Shown: piece by piece, positions 1 to 11,600 of the stretch
Layout: each line of letters starts with the position of its first letter
Numbering within the stretch: the first letter of the stretch is position 1
From: Camelus dromedarius
Lineage: Eukaryota
Reading direction: 5' to 3'
NCBI RefSeq assembly: GCF_036321535.1
Contig: NC_087472.1
Coordinates: 91,638,001 to 91,702,000 of the forward strand
Length of the DNA stretch: 64,000 nt
Position numbers and translations under genes: made by a program
The notes under the pieces: generated by a model
Database searches by the model: none
What the model was told of the DNA's origin: nothing
What the model saw: the letters and a program-made list of their open reading frames with translations, nothing else

Positions 1-1535
1 GCAAGTAGACCACTTTGATGCCTCCTGTGTTGAACTCATGGGGTTCTGAGTGGCCAGAGGCATTGCCAAACACCAAAAGAATTTTAAAAGGAAGCCCTTT
101 GCTGACAAAGTACTTCTGACTTCAGGGACAAAGCATTGATGAAACCAGTATGAAAAAAGGGTTCTTGTTGCCTAGGCCTTCTTATTGTACAATAAAGACT
201 AGCAGCTGGTGTTTATCTTTTCCCTTCAATCCTCCAAGGTTAGCAGCTTTATAGATAAGGGCAGACCTGATCATAAATTCCACTGCATTTGCACAAAACA
301 GTAGTTAGCCTATCCCTTCTTGCCTTATATCCTGGTGCTCGCTTCTCTTCCTTACCAACACACGTCCTTTGTGGCACTTTTCCCCCGGAATAGGGCACTT
401 TCATCTGCATTAAAAACCTGTTCAGGCAGACATCCTTTCTCCTCAGTGATTTTCTTAATGACGTCTGGAAACTCATCTGCTGTCTCTTGGTTGGCAGAAG
501 CTGATTCTCTTGTTATTGTGGCATTTTTAAGCCAAACCTCTTTCTAAAATTATCAAACCATCCTTTGCTGGCATTAAATTCTCCAGTTTAGATCCTTTAA
601 CTTCTTTTTGCTTTAGGTTGTCATATAGTGACTTTGCTTTTTTTTTGAATCATATTAGAGTCTATAGGTATGTCTTTCTTACAGAAATCCTGCACTTACA
701 TAAAAGCTATATTTTTAATACTAAAGTTAAATTTCACAAAATGTGCAAGGTTTTCATACCTGCCGGTGTAGCTGCAGCTACACCTTCATGAATTTCCTTT
801 TCTTTTTAAAATAATGGTCCTTATGCTGGATTCATTCATTTTGAAACAGTGGCAACCCCAGCTGCATATTAAGCAATTCAACTTTTTCTTGTAATGTCAT
901 GACTTTTCTCTGCTTCTTGGGAGCACTTCCAGCATCACTAGTGGCACTTTGTATGGGGCCCATGGTGTTATTCAGGATTTACAGTATGGTACTAAACACG
1001 ATGAGAAATACTTGAGAACGAGAGATCCCTTTTTACTGAGATACACAATTTACTAGAGAAACGGACTGCTCATGTGGAGATGATGGTAGTCTTAAGCTGA
1101 TATTAAAACTCACTGCAAAAGCAACAGGAGTTGGCTATGAAATTATTACAGTAGGACAGTATGTACCAAGCAGTTATAATTTAATACTGTATCTTTACAC
1201 TTGTTTACACTTCTCTCATATGTGAATGGTGCTTTGCATGGTCTGTAAATGTATGTGCATAGGTTTGGATAAATTTTACCTTTTTATAATAGATTTGTGT
1301 ATATTTTATGGTAGGAAATAATAAAATAGACTAGTATCTACATATATTTTATGCATGCATGACATAACCTCACTTTTTCTTAATTTTTTTTGGATATTCC
1401 TAGGCTATGTAGTTCATCTCTGGGTTTTTTCAAGTTGCTCCAAATCATCAAAAAGTTTTACAATATATTTATTGAAAAAAATCCATATATAAGCGGATGG
1501 TGCAGTTCAAACTTGTGTTGTTCAAGGGTCAACTG
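1..1535 (-). mobile_element. Tigger2 (TcMar/pogo-like) DNA transposon, 5' part with degenerate transposase; runs off the window start
   Basis: Minus strand from 1535 reads CAGTTGACCCTTGAACAACACAAGTTTGAACTGCAC (Tigger2-type terminus) next to TA at 1536-1537. Minus-strand translations give Tigger transposase fragments (KEEKRAPGYKARRDRLT in ORF 249..476; HSEPHEFN...VVYL near 1-60). It interrupts the L1 starting at ~1536. Confidence 0.88.
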
Positions 1536-2901
1536 TATATTCAGAAGTAGGACTGCTAAACCATATGGTAGCTCTCCTTTCACTTTTCTAAGGACTCTCC
1601 ACGCTTTTCCATAATGGCTGTGGCAATTTATATTCCCACCAACAGTGTACAAAAAGTCTCTTTCTTTCTTCAACACCCTTGCCAACACTTGTTGTCACTT
1701 ATCTTTTTGATAATAGCTATCCCAACATGTGTCAGGTGATATCTTACTGTGGTTTTTATTTGCATTTCTCTGTGGATCAGTTATGCTGAGCACCTTTTCA
1801 TATACCTGTAGACCATTTGTATGTCTTCTTTGGAAAACTACTCAGATTCTTTGCTCAGTTTAACTGAGCTATTTTTTTAAAATTAATTTGTTTGCTATTG
1901 AGTTGTATGAGTTCCTTATGTAATTTGGATGCTAGCTTCTTATCAGATATATGGTTTGTAAACATTTTCTCCTATTCCACAGGTTGTCTTTTCATTTTGT
2001 TGATTGCTTCCATTGCTGTACAGGATCTTTTTAATTTGATGTACTCCCACTTATTCATTTTCACTTTTCTTGTCTTTCTGTTGTCAAATTAAAACAAAAA
2101 AGCATCGCCAAGACCAATGTCAAGGAGTTTTTCCCCATGTTTTCTTCTAGGAGTTTTATGATTTCTGATCTCATTTTTAAGTCTTTAATCCACTTTGCAT
2201 TATTTTTTGAGTATAATGTAAGATAAGCATCCAGTTTAATTCTTTTCCATGTAGTTATTCAGTTTTCTCAACACTATTTGTTGAGGACACTATCCTTTCT
2301 CCATTGTGTATTCTTTGAGCATTTGTCAAAGATTACTTGACCATATATGCAAGGGTTTATTTCTGGACTCTATTCTGTTTCATTGATTTGTGTGTCTGTT
2401 TTTATGCTGGTATCACAGTGTTTTGTAATATAGTTCAAAGTCAAGAAGTGTGATGCTTCCATCTTGGCTCCTCTTTCTCAAGATCACTTTGTCTATTCAA
2501 GGTCCTTTGTAGTTTCAAGTGAATTTTAGAATTTATTTCTATTTCTGTGAAAAATTCCATTGGAATTATGATATTGCACTGGGTCTACAGATCACTTTGG
2601 GTAGTGTAAATATTTTAACAATATTAATTCTTCCAATCCATGCCCTTGGGGTATCTTCCCTTTTATTTGTGTCTTTTTCAATTTCTTCCATCAATGTCTT
2701 GTTGTTTTCAGTGTACAGATCTTTCACCTCCTTGGTTAAATTTATTCCTAAGTATCTTATTATTTTTGACATATTTTAAACAGAACTGTTTTCTTAATTT
2801 CTCTCTCAGATAGTTGTTAGTGTTTAGAAACAGAGCTAATGTGTGTGTGTGTTGATTTTGTATCCTGCAACTTTACTGAATACATTTATGAGTTCTAACA
2901 G
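1536..2901 (-). mobile_element. Older L1 (L1MA-like), ORF2 3' region
   Basis: ORF 2566..2772 (-) [33 protein letters not shown]...WIGRINIVK is L1 ORF2; typical C-terminal ORF2 sequence at 1540-1850. Confidence 0.93.
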
Positions 2902-3192
2902 TTGCCCAGGGACCTGGAACATCCACCTCACTCTCTCTCTCTCCAGAGAGAGGTCACAATCTCTCTTGGTGCTGAGCTGTGTCAGCTTTAGGGAGGGGCT
3001 GATCCCAATAAAGTCAAATTGCTCTTCTTACCCATTTCAAGTGCAGTTAATCTAGGTTTTATGCAAGTCTGGGATACTGAAACTTCTTAACTGGATTCTG
3101 GATCTTTTACATTTTGTTACTCATATCATTTTAAAACTTGTGTTTCTGTGGAGAAACAAGTGCTGAGAATTCCTATTCCACCATCTTGCCAA
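2902..3192 (-). mobile_element. L1 5' end (5'UTR) fragment abutting the ORF2 piece
   Basis: Plus-strand ttcctattccaccatcttgcc (3170-3190) is the reverse of an L1 start motif GGCAAGATGGTGGAATAGGAA; adjoining sequence resembles old L1M 5' ends. Confidence 0.6.
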
Positions 3193-3611
3193 TGCCACTC
3201 AACCAAGACCCTTTATTTCTTGATACCAACAATCTTTTTTCGCAAGAAAATCCCAATACACCTGACATGTTATCTTTTTCTGGACCACAAAAAGAAATTC
3301 AAGCAGTTTTGATTTGTTGTACAAAATATTAAGACTTTTATACTTATACTGAAAAGCAGCAATAAATGTGTGATACACACTATTCATAAACACAGATACC
3401 GAAGTCAAATAAACCTTCAATTACAAGGAACAGTATTTTAGGAGTAGCAAAAAGAAACCCCCAAACAGAAAAGGATAAATCTCAGACTTACTCAAGTAGA
3501 GCAAGAAAAGAAGACATACAACATGTTCCCTGTGGCTCCACTTGGCATTCAATTACTTAGAATATTGACCTGTCTTTTCAACCATAAATGAAGGCTCTGC
3601 CCTAGACTTCA

Positions 3612-3735
3612 CTAGGTGTGGAAGGTGCTGCTGGACTTGGTTCTGGAATGTACACTGGCCATGGCAGTAGTGCCAGGCTTGGCTGCAACTCTGGCTCGGG
3701 GTCTCTCTTTCTCATTTCTCAAAGACTCTTTATAC
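3612..3735 (-). pseudogene. MAGE-B C-terminal remnant, with 3'UTR-like paralogous sequence at ~3200-3611
   Basis: Minus-strand KYKESLRNEKERPRARVAAKPGTTAMASVHSRTKSSSTFHT* aligns with [41 protein letters not shown] of the 8357 ORF. No MAGE homology domain upstream. AATAAA on minus strand at 3212-3217. Confidence 0.85.
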
Positions 3736-3959
3736 TTCATCCTGGGATGGGATTCCGGACCTCCAAGGGCTGACAACAAGAACTGGACTCCCCAGGACCC
3801 CAGTGTCATGAGTGGGTGCTTCCTTCATTTCTTTTTAAGGGGCCTCACATTTACATCTGACAACTCCTACTGACCCAAGATTGCCCTCCAAAGCTCTCAA
3901 GTCTCTTAACAATTGCAACAAAAAAAAGTGAGGAGATGCTCAGCCTGAAATCTCAGCCT

Positions 3960-4800
3960 GGAGCTTTCTAGGTCTGAGAGTAGGTGGGGGGCGGGGGGGG
4001 GGGCTGGTGTCTTTGAAACACCCAATATGCTGGAATGTTGCTTTCCCCAGTCCTGATCCACAGGTGTCCTCATATAGGCCCTTGTCACTTTGATCAAAGG
4101 GTTCTTAGGAAATGTCACATCTCTGAAAACTCTGGAGCAGTTTCCCTACTCCAAACCTTGCAGAGAATGAGTCCCTGTCCTAGGAGTGATGTCAGATAGG
4201 AAATCCACAGCACAAGTTAAGGGGGCCCAGGTAGTGGGCTGGAAGAGAAATAGAACATATCAATCTAGTCCTTCTCTTCCCCAGCCAGACTTTAGTTTTC
4301 AAGTAACTTCTGTTCTAATAGGTTTACTTTTTATAAAGAAATGGCTGAGACAGATGATTTTTTGAGTCCCTGATCTTTTAAGCTTATCTGAAATCACATA
4401 TGTAGATGATCCTATTTTCAGCAAATACTACCTCTTTTTCCCCTATACATACCTCACCTTCATTTTGCTATGAATTACAATTCAGTAGTTTGACCACAGA
4501 GCCCTTATTGCTTGAGACACGTTTCCCAGAAATGAGAAAAAAAAGTGAGTTAAGGGACACAAGGTCAGTGCAGGCTTAGAGGAGTGAAAGAGTGCGGGCA
4601 TTAGACTAACTCAAATTATGGGTCTATTTCCATCCGTGTCACTTACCGGCCATGGGAACTCTGTCATGTTATTAAACTTTGTGAGTGAGCCTCAGGCTCT
4701 TTATCTGCGAGGCAGGCTGATGCACCCTGCCTGGTAGGACTGACGGCGCAAGTAAGGTAACTGTGAAGCACACGCCTCCCTTCACATGACTGGTGGATTT
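3960..4800. repeat. MAGE upstream module, copy A (paralogous to ~6560-7500 and ~11560-12300; ends in a MIR remnant)
   Basis: Shared motifs, e.g. caaaccttgcagagaatgagtccctgtcctaggagtgatgtcagat (4152), caaaccttgcagagaatgggtccctgtcccaggagtaaggtgagat (6771), caaaccttggtccctgtcttcagagtgatgtgagat (11609). Confidence 0.85.
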
Positions 4801-4899
4801 TACCTCCCTTAGATCTGACATAAAGAAATGAGGAGAGCCTCGCCTGAGAGCCCTGCCCTGAGCTTTCTAGAGCTGCTATGAAAGGGTAGGGCATGACTC

Positions 4900-6450
4900 T
4901 CTTTTGTTTCCTCTATTCAGGGATGGGTAGACCCCTCAGCCTTTACTCAGGCTCTCCAGTTTAACTTCTGGCAGGGCCTGGGGTTCCCCTCCTTCTTGAC
5001 TTGAGGCCTATTTCCTCATAGTAAGACCCACCCCTCCCTGTGACCCAACAAGGGGAAATAAGGGTGGCTTTATCAGGCCACATCTGCCTGTGATCTCACA
5101 AGAATGAAAGCTGTGGCAGGTCGGTTGAGGCCCTATGACAGATGGACCCACTCAGGGTCCCAAGTCAGGGTCCTAAATTTGATTTCCAGGCAGGCCTAAG
5201 ATTCCTCCCTCTGTTGACATGGGACCACCACCTTGAGACCACAACCCTCACTTCCCTGTGACTCCTGGGTGGGAACTGATAGGCCACTCTGCCTGACATC
5301 TTTGCTTGGGGCCTCCTGGGCTGACAGCACAGAAGATTCCCTCTGGCCACTGCTGATATGGGGGTGTGTGTTCTCATACTCTTCACTGTCCTCACCCCAA
5401 CTCCTGGCACAAACTAGAAATATCCAATGTCTTGCCTTGAGGCTCCTCCCCTCATACTGAGGCCCCCAATTCCCCGAGACCCCCTAGAAGAAGTGGAGTT
5501 TGCTTCGTCTGGCCGCAACAGCCCATGGTTTCCCAAGGTTAACAGCAGTGGAAGGAATATGTTCTGCCCCCACTGTTATGAGATGGGTAACCTTTTCAGT
5601 CTTCAGGGTCCTTACCTTGGCTCCTGGCACAATCTGGAAAACCTCCTTCTGCTGAGCTGTCGCTGCCTCCTTTGTTGAGCTTCCTCATCTCCATGAGATG
5701 CTCTGGGAGGAAGTAAGTATGACTTATAACATCACCATGCCTAAGTGACATAGCCTCAGATCTGACAGCAGGGACAGTGCTCTATATGCTCCCTTCTTTC
5801 TGGGAGAGATCGTTTCATTGTCACTCAGTGTCATCACGTTGACTCCTGTTAAGTACTGGGTATCCTTTCTCTGCCTCATGAGGCCTTCAGCATTAGTCCA
5901 AGGACTTTAAATCCCTGAGACCATCCCCCCTCAGTAAATAAGGGATAAACTTAGCCCCAGAGCTCTGCCTGTGGCCTCCCAGGGCCAACTGCAGAAGCTG
6001 GACTGTCTAAGGATTTATCTGTCAGTGGGTGGTTGGTTGCCACATTCTTCACACAGGACTTTTACTTTGACACTGTCATGCCTGGGATTCCACTCTCTGC
6101 TGAAGAGCCAGCCTATAAACCAAGGTCCTCATCTCCTTGCGGCCTTCCAGCCAGAATTCAGGGGGCACTTCAGCCTGCCAGCTCCTGCCTACGGAGGCCA
6201 GGGCTAACAGCAAAGAAGGGGCGAGTGCAGCCCCTTTAGTCATGGGCTGAGTGCTCCCCATGTACACACACTTTGACTCTGCACCCTTCCTGGGACTCCA
6301 TTCTCTGCTGATCTGAGGCCACTGTCTTCAAAGTTCTCACCTTCCTGGGACCTGAACTGAAAGTAAGTGTTACCCAGGACTGTTCTAGAACTCACACGGC
6401 TGCCAACGTGGATGTGACTTTATGGGATCCTACTGTTTGCCATCATCCTC
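4900..6450 (-). repeat. Degenerate ~215-bp tandem array of MAGE 5'-exon/promoter-like units (about 7 units)
   Basis: Variants of ctctgctgacctgagg recur near 4995, 5210, 5430, 5650, 5870, 6095 and 6305, each preceded by a cctcaccttgactcc-like motif. Confidence 0.7.
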
Positions 6451-6559
6451 ATTTGTCTTTATCTCCATTTCTGTGAGAGACTGATACTCTTTCCTCTACC
6501 GACATGAGAACTCTGCCCTTAGACCAAGATTCTCATGCCCCTGAGAAGCCTGAAGAATA

Positions 6560-7500
6560 AGTGAGGGTATGCTTAGCCTAACAACCCAGTCTGAGACCCT
6601 TTGTGTTTGAGAGCAGACAGGACTGGTGTCCCAGTGAACCCCTCTATATTCTGGGGTGTTGGTCTCCTCATTTCTCCTGCACGGGGCCCTCATCTTGGTT
6701 TCTGTCTTTTGGATTAAAGGCTTCTTAGGAAATTCCATATCTCTGGAAGCTCTTGAACAGTGTTTGCTCTGCAAACCTTGCAGAGAATGGGTCCCTGTCC
6801 CAGGAGTAAGGTGAGATGGGGAAGCCATAGCACAAGGCAAGAGTCCCAGGACAGGTAGTAGCCTGTCAGGGAAAAAAAAGTACACTGATCTATTCCATCT
6901 CTTCATCAGCCAGATGAAGATTCCCATGGAACTTCTATTCTGATAGGTTTACCTTCTACAGGGAAGAGACTGTAAGGATGATTTTGACAGTCTCTGGTCT
7001 TTTGAGGTTATCTAACATTGCAAATATAGATGATAATACTGTCACCGAACACTGTCTCTATCATTTGTTTATTTATACCTCTTAAATACTTTGGTATTCT
7101 TATTGCTCTGGCTATGTACTCCAATCTAGTAGCTTGAGCACAAGGCCTGTCTTTTTAACACTTAAGAAAAATTTTGAACTACCGAGAAAAAAATTAAATA
7201 AGAGATACAGGGTGTGTCTCAGTTGGGGTGGGCGGGGGGGTGGAGTAGAACAGTGTGAGCTCTACAGTAATTGAGACCAGAAGTCTAGTCCCAGGCCTGT
7301 CACTGACTAGCCCTATGAACTCTGGCATATTACCAAAGTCTGAATCTATGGGCTTCAGGCTCTCCACTGTGAAGTGAGTTTGGTAAGCCCTGTGTCATAG
7401 GACTGGTAAATACCTGTAATGTATGGAAAGCCTCTGCCACTGAGCCTGTCTTGTATTGAGACATTAGGAAATGGCAGTTATTGCTATGATTATCTTGACC
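6560..7500. repeat. MAGE upstream module, copy B (includes a MIR remnant at ~7270-7500)
   Basis: Colinear similarity to 3960-4800 and 11560-12300. Confidence 0.85.
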
Positions 7501-8356
7501 TCAGATGTTATCATCCATCCAGCTGGGTTTTGTTTTGTTTTTTTTTTACATCTAAGAGATGTCAGAGAATATGCTGCATTCTAGCCCCCAAAACCCCTCC
7601 CAATTAACCAAAACTCTGTTTAGCAATGAAAACTAAGTAATATGTTCTCTTCACCTGCCTTTTACTTGTTCTCCTTGAAGTAGAGAGTATCTCATCCTCT
7701 TCCATAATGATAGCTTCTCCTAGAAACTGTAATTGCATGGGCAGGAGCTTGGACTTTTTTGACTAAATATCCCTAGTACAAGCAGGAAGATTTAACAGCA
7801 GATGCTCAATTAATGTTTGTGTAAAATAAGAGCCATGAACAAAGAGGTGTGATTTGCTATGTTTTATACTCTCAAACATTCTTGAAAAACATAAGCAAAT
7901 CCAGGTATATATCTTTGTTACGTATGTATCTTTTAAATTTACAAAAAGAAAGACTAAATGGAGTAAGGCAAACCAAGAACTGACCAACCTTCACTTTATC
8001 TGTCATCTATCTATCTGTCTTCTGATCTTAACTATTTTAGTGTGGAGTTCTTTCACATTTCCAAAAATATTCCTATCCTAAGGTTATGTCATTCTTGTTC
8101 TGGATCACAAAAGTTATGTAAGGATTTCCAATTTGTATTTCAAAAAACAAAATTCTTACTCTTAAATCTGATAAACAGCAATAAGGGTGTGATCCATGTC
8201 ATTCATATACTTATGTTCTGAATCAAAATAAACTTTCTATTGAAAAGAAAACCACTTTAAAATTACCAAAAAAAGTCAACAAGTTATTTATGCATATCAG
8301 GAGCACTGGTTAACAGGCTTTTCCAACTACAAAGTGAAGAATCTGCTCAGACCTCC

Positions 8357-9385
8357 CTAGGGGTGAGAGGAGCGGCTGGATGTGGCCCTGGAACGCGCAC
8401 TGGCCGTGGCAGTAGGGCCATCCCTGGCTGCAGCTCTGGCTCGGGCTCTCTCTTCCCCATCTCTCAAAGCCTCTTCATAATGGGTTGGGAAGGCAGTGGG
8501 GACCGTATCATTGACCTTGGCCCAAAACTCCAGGACTTTCATCTTGCTGGTTTCAGCGTGGGCTTTTGGGCCCCACAGGAACTCATAGCGGGGAGGATCA
8601 CTGTTGGGCACCTGGCGGTACTCTAGGTACTTTTCCTGCACCAAATCTTCTGTGATAAGCTTCCTGGGCTCCCCAAAGATGAAGTGCCTCCTTCCATCAT
8701 AGACACCCAGAATATTCAGGAATTCCCAGGTCTCCTCCTCAGAGGCGCAGTTGCCATTCAAGAAGATCACACCCAGGAGAGGTATCAGAAGCCCATTCTT
8801 AGGAAGTCCCCAGCCACTGCCCAGGCTCTCATCATCGGTGAGATCTAGCTTGCTGACCAGGGCATAGGAGTGACTGTTGGGTTTGACTTCCTTCAGCTCG
8901 AGGCCAAAGACCAGTTCCATGTGCTCAGAGGCTCTCCCAAGGATCTCAAGGAAATTCTTCCTATTCCTTTTGCCCACAGTCTTCAGCATTTCTGCCTTTT
9001 TAATGGGATCTTTCATTTTATACTAGAGTGTGAACTGCACCAACATCGCCGCCTTACTGATTAGAGGATCTTCGGGAGAGCTCTCACTGGAGGTTGAAGC
9101 CTGGGAGGAATTTTCACTTTTCTTAACTTGGCCTTTAGCACCTACATCAGATTTTGAGCATGAAACACTTGCAGCAGCTCTGGTGGTGGCTGTGGCTTTC
9201 TTAGGCTTCTGGACAGTGACAGCAACAGAAGAGCTAGAGGGAGCACCCCCAGAAACAGGAGAGGAGGAGGAAGTAGTTTCTTCTTCCCCTGCTGCAGTGG
9301 TCTGAGCACTAAGACCTAGGGTCTCACCTCTGTTATGGCGGCGTTTCTCACGAGCTCGGAGCTTACTCTTCTGACCACGAGGCAT
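8357..9385 (-). pseudogene. MAGEB2: MAGE-B family gene, closest to MAGEB2 by recollection; 342-codon single-exon CDS interrupted by one in-frame TAG at codon 121 (9023-9025)
   Basis: ORF 9023..9385 MPRGQKSKLRAREKRR...EDPLISKAAMLVQFTL* and ORF 8357..9016 [17 protein letters not shown]...[17 protein letters not shown]...[35 protein letters not shown] are in the same frame, separated by TAT AAA. Family assignment is certain; the B2 paralog call rests on remembered motifs (VGKR, LTD(D/E)[13 protein letters not shown]) and is tentative. Confidence 0.85.
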
Positions 9386-9446
9386 GATGGCTGCAGTCAG
9401 GGACAGCAGATAGGAGTGCGGGCCAATGGACAGGTGATTTGGACAC

Positions 9447-9470
9447 CTGGAGGATGGAGAATGAGATCAT
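9447..9470 (-). other. Splice acceptor of the MAGEB coding exon (exon begins at 9446)
   Basis: Minus strand ctcattctccatcctccAG|GTGTCC, 61 nt upstream of the ATG, the usual MAGE last-exon arrangement. Confidence 0.75.
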
Positions 9471-9699
9471 GTGAGCACCTTAAAATAGGGAGATTCCACT
9501 TTGGCTTTATCAAAGGCTGCCTCTGCAAGTTTCCTTGAGGGCACTGCTCTAGGAACCCACAAGGCTCCCGTTTTCCTAGTCAGCCCGTCCCTACAGAATC
9601 CCACAGAGGAACCATAGAGGCCTCAGAGTGAGTTTTACTCCATATCCTATTAGCCCTGACTTGGATTTACTCAGGTGATACAGGTACTGGCGGGGGGGG

Positions 9700-11230
9700 G
9701 GGGGTCCTCTCAGTTCATCATCAGTATTATCATGTCAACTCTGGACAGAGCCTGGGCACCCTCCCCTCTGCTACTCTAAAGTTGACACCTTAAAGCTCCC
9801 TGGGATCCAGGAGAAGGAAGTGAAGGGGTGCCTCAGTCCACCTCCCTGCAAGGGGACATCCAGTGCTGAGAGCTTAGTAGGGTCCTTTCTGTCCTGAGTT
9901 CACTGAGATCATCATTCACAGTCTTCACCTTTGCTCCTTACAAGGCTTGGCACCACTCTCCATTTGTTGACTGGTGGCTGCACCTGACTTAGGATCTTGC
10001 CTCCTTTAGACTTGATATAAAGAAGTGAAGGGGATGCTCAACCCAACAGCCCTTCCCTGAGATTCCTGGGATGAAGTCAAAGGCTTGTGACAAGACACTC
10101 TGATGTCCCCTCTATTCAGGGTAAGATGGTCCCTTGAGTCCTCACTCAGGTTCCTCAGTTGGAAGCACCACTTTTTCTTGAACTGATGCCTATGTAATAG
10201 TAAGAGTCAAACTCCCTGAGTCCCATTAGGAGGAAGTGAAGATGACCTTATCTTACCAAGCGTGGTCTCCCAAGAATGAAAGCTGTTGCAGGCAGATTGA
10301 TGTCCTTGTGATCCCACACAAAATCCCAACTCAAGCTCTACATTTAACTCGTGAGAGGGTCTAAGATTTCTCCCTCTGCTGACCTGGGACCATTTCCCTC
10401 AGGCCAAGACCCTCGCTTCCCTGTTAGCCTGCGGTGGGAACTGAGGGGCACTTCTGCTTGTCGCCTACCCTTGAGATCTCCCAGGGATGATGATAAAGAG
10501 GATTCTTTGTGGTCTCACTGATGTGTTATGGGACATCCCCACAGTCCTCAGGTTCTCACCATGACACCTGGCATAACCTGAAATCCTCTGTTGCTGACCT
10601 GAGGCTGCCCCCTCTGACCTTGTCTCTCACCTCCCTGAGATGTTCTGGGAAAAAGTGAGCCCAACTCATGTCAAAATGACCAATTCTCCCAAGCCTGAAA
10701 ACAAGACTGTTGCTTTATGTGGCCTCGTTTTTTGTGGGAGGGGCCTCCCATCCTCACTCAGCGTCACATCCCTGAATCCTGTTAGTGACTAGGTCCCTTT
10801 GCTAAATTGGGCTTATTCCCTTAGACCTAGGCTCCCACCTCCCCGAGACCACCTCCAGAGGAAATGAGGGGGTACCACAGCCTGCCAGTGCTGCCCGGGC
10901 CCTCCTTTGCTGAGTTTGGGAGTTATCAGGTGTAGCCCTTAGCCACTGGAGGGGATAAGTCACTCCACATCCGTCTACCTTGTCTGGGGCCTCCTAGAGC
11001 TGAGTACAGGGGCGCTGCTCAGGGTGGCCCCCTTTTGTGGTAGACAAAAGGCTGCTACTCATTAGCAGTAAAAAGGTTAACTGCTCATTAGCACTAGAGA
11101 CCCTCATCCAGGACTTACATTGCTTCCATCTGCAGAACCGAGGCTACCCTCAAAGACCAAGGCTTTCTCCCTGAGACATTTCAGGCCGAAGTCAGCCCGC
11201 TAGCTCTGCTGGGGCCTCCCAGGGCCAGAT
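9700..11230 (-). repeat. Second degenerate ~205-210-bp MAGE unit array (intron/5' region of the MAGEB2-like gene)
   Basis: Unit motifs recur near 9765, 9960, 10175, 10375, 10590, 10800 and 11130, usually followed by ggaagtga-like cores (9816, 10232). Confidence 0.7.
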
Positions 11231-11234
11231 CACA

Positions 11235-11600
11235 GAGCGCAATGTGGGTGGGTCACCTCTGTTACCGGAGGGTGGCGGGAGGGAAGGAAAGTCCCTTTAG
11301 GCCACATTCAGGCCCTTACCTTGGCTCCGAAGGAGTCCGTGGAAACAGCGCTGGGCCAAACAAACGTCGCGTCTGCCGGTTCAGCGCCTCGCCTCAGAAG
11401 CTGAAGTCGGGGCCCTGTGTGGCAGGCGCGGGGCTCCACGGGACCAGTGGGCGGTCCCTCAGGCTCCTCCCTCAGGGTCCTGCTCCAGGGTCTTCCCCCA
11501 GGGTCCTCCGTGTGACACTGACGTCCTCCTCTTGGCTTCTGCCTCTTCGATTAACAACTTCTTGGGAGATGCCACATCCCTGCGAACACCCGAGAAGTTC
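11235..11600 (-). promoter_or_regulatory. CpG-rich promoter / non-coding first exon of the MAGEB2-like gene
   Basis: The densest CpG cluster outside coding sequence in the window; strong minus-strand donor GGAGCCAAG|GTAAGG (exon end 11320); CRE-like TGACGT at 11519-11524. MAGE promoters are known to be methylation-controlled CpG promoters. Confidence 0.7.

Noticed and set aside
6496..6927. 143-aa minus-strand ORF in upstream module B
   Set aside because: The frame is not preserved in paralogous modules A and C.
4900..11230. Periodic units considered as a CRISPR-like or satellite array
   Set aside because: Eukaryotic context, highly degenerate units and no repeat-spacer structure; explained as MAGE 5' unit duplications.
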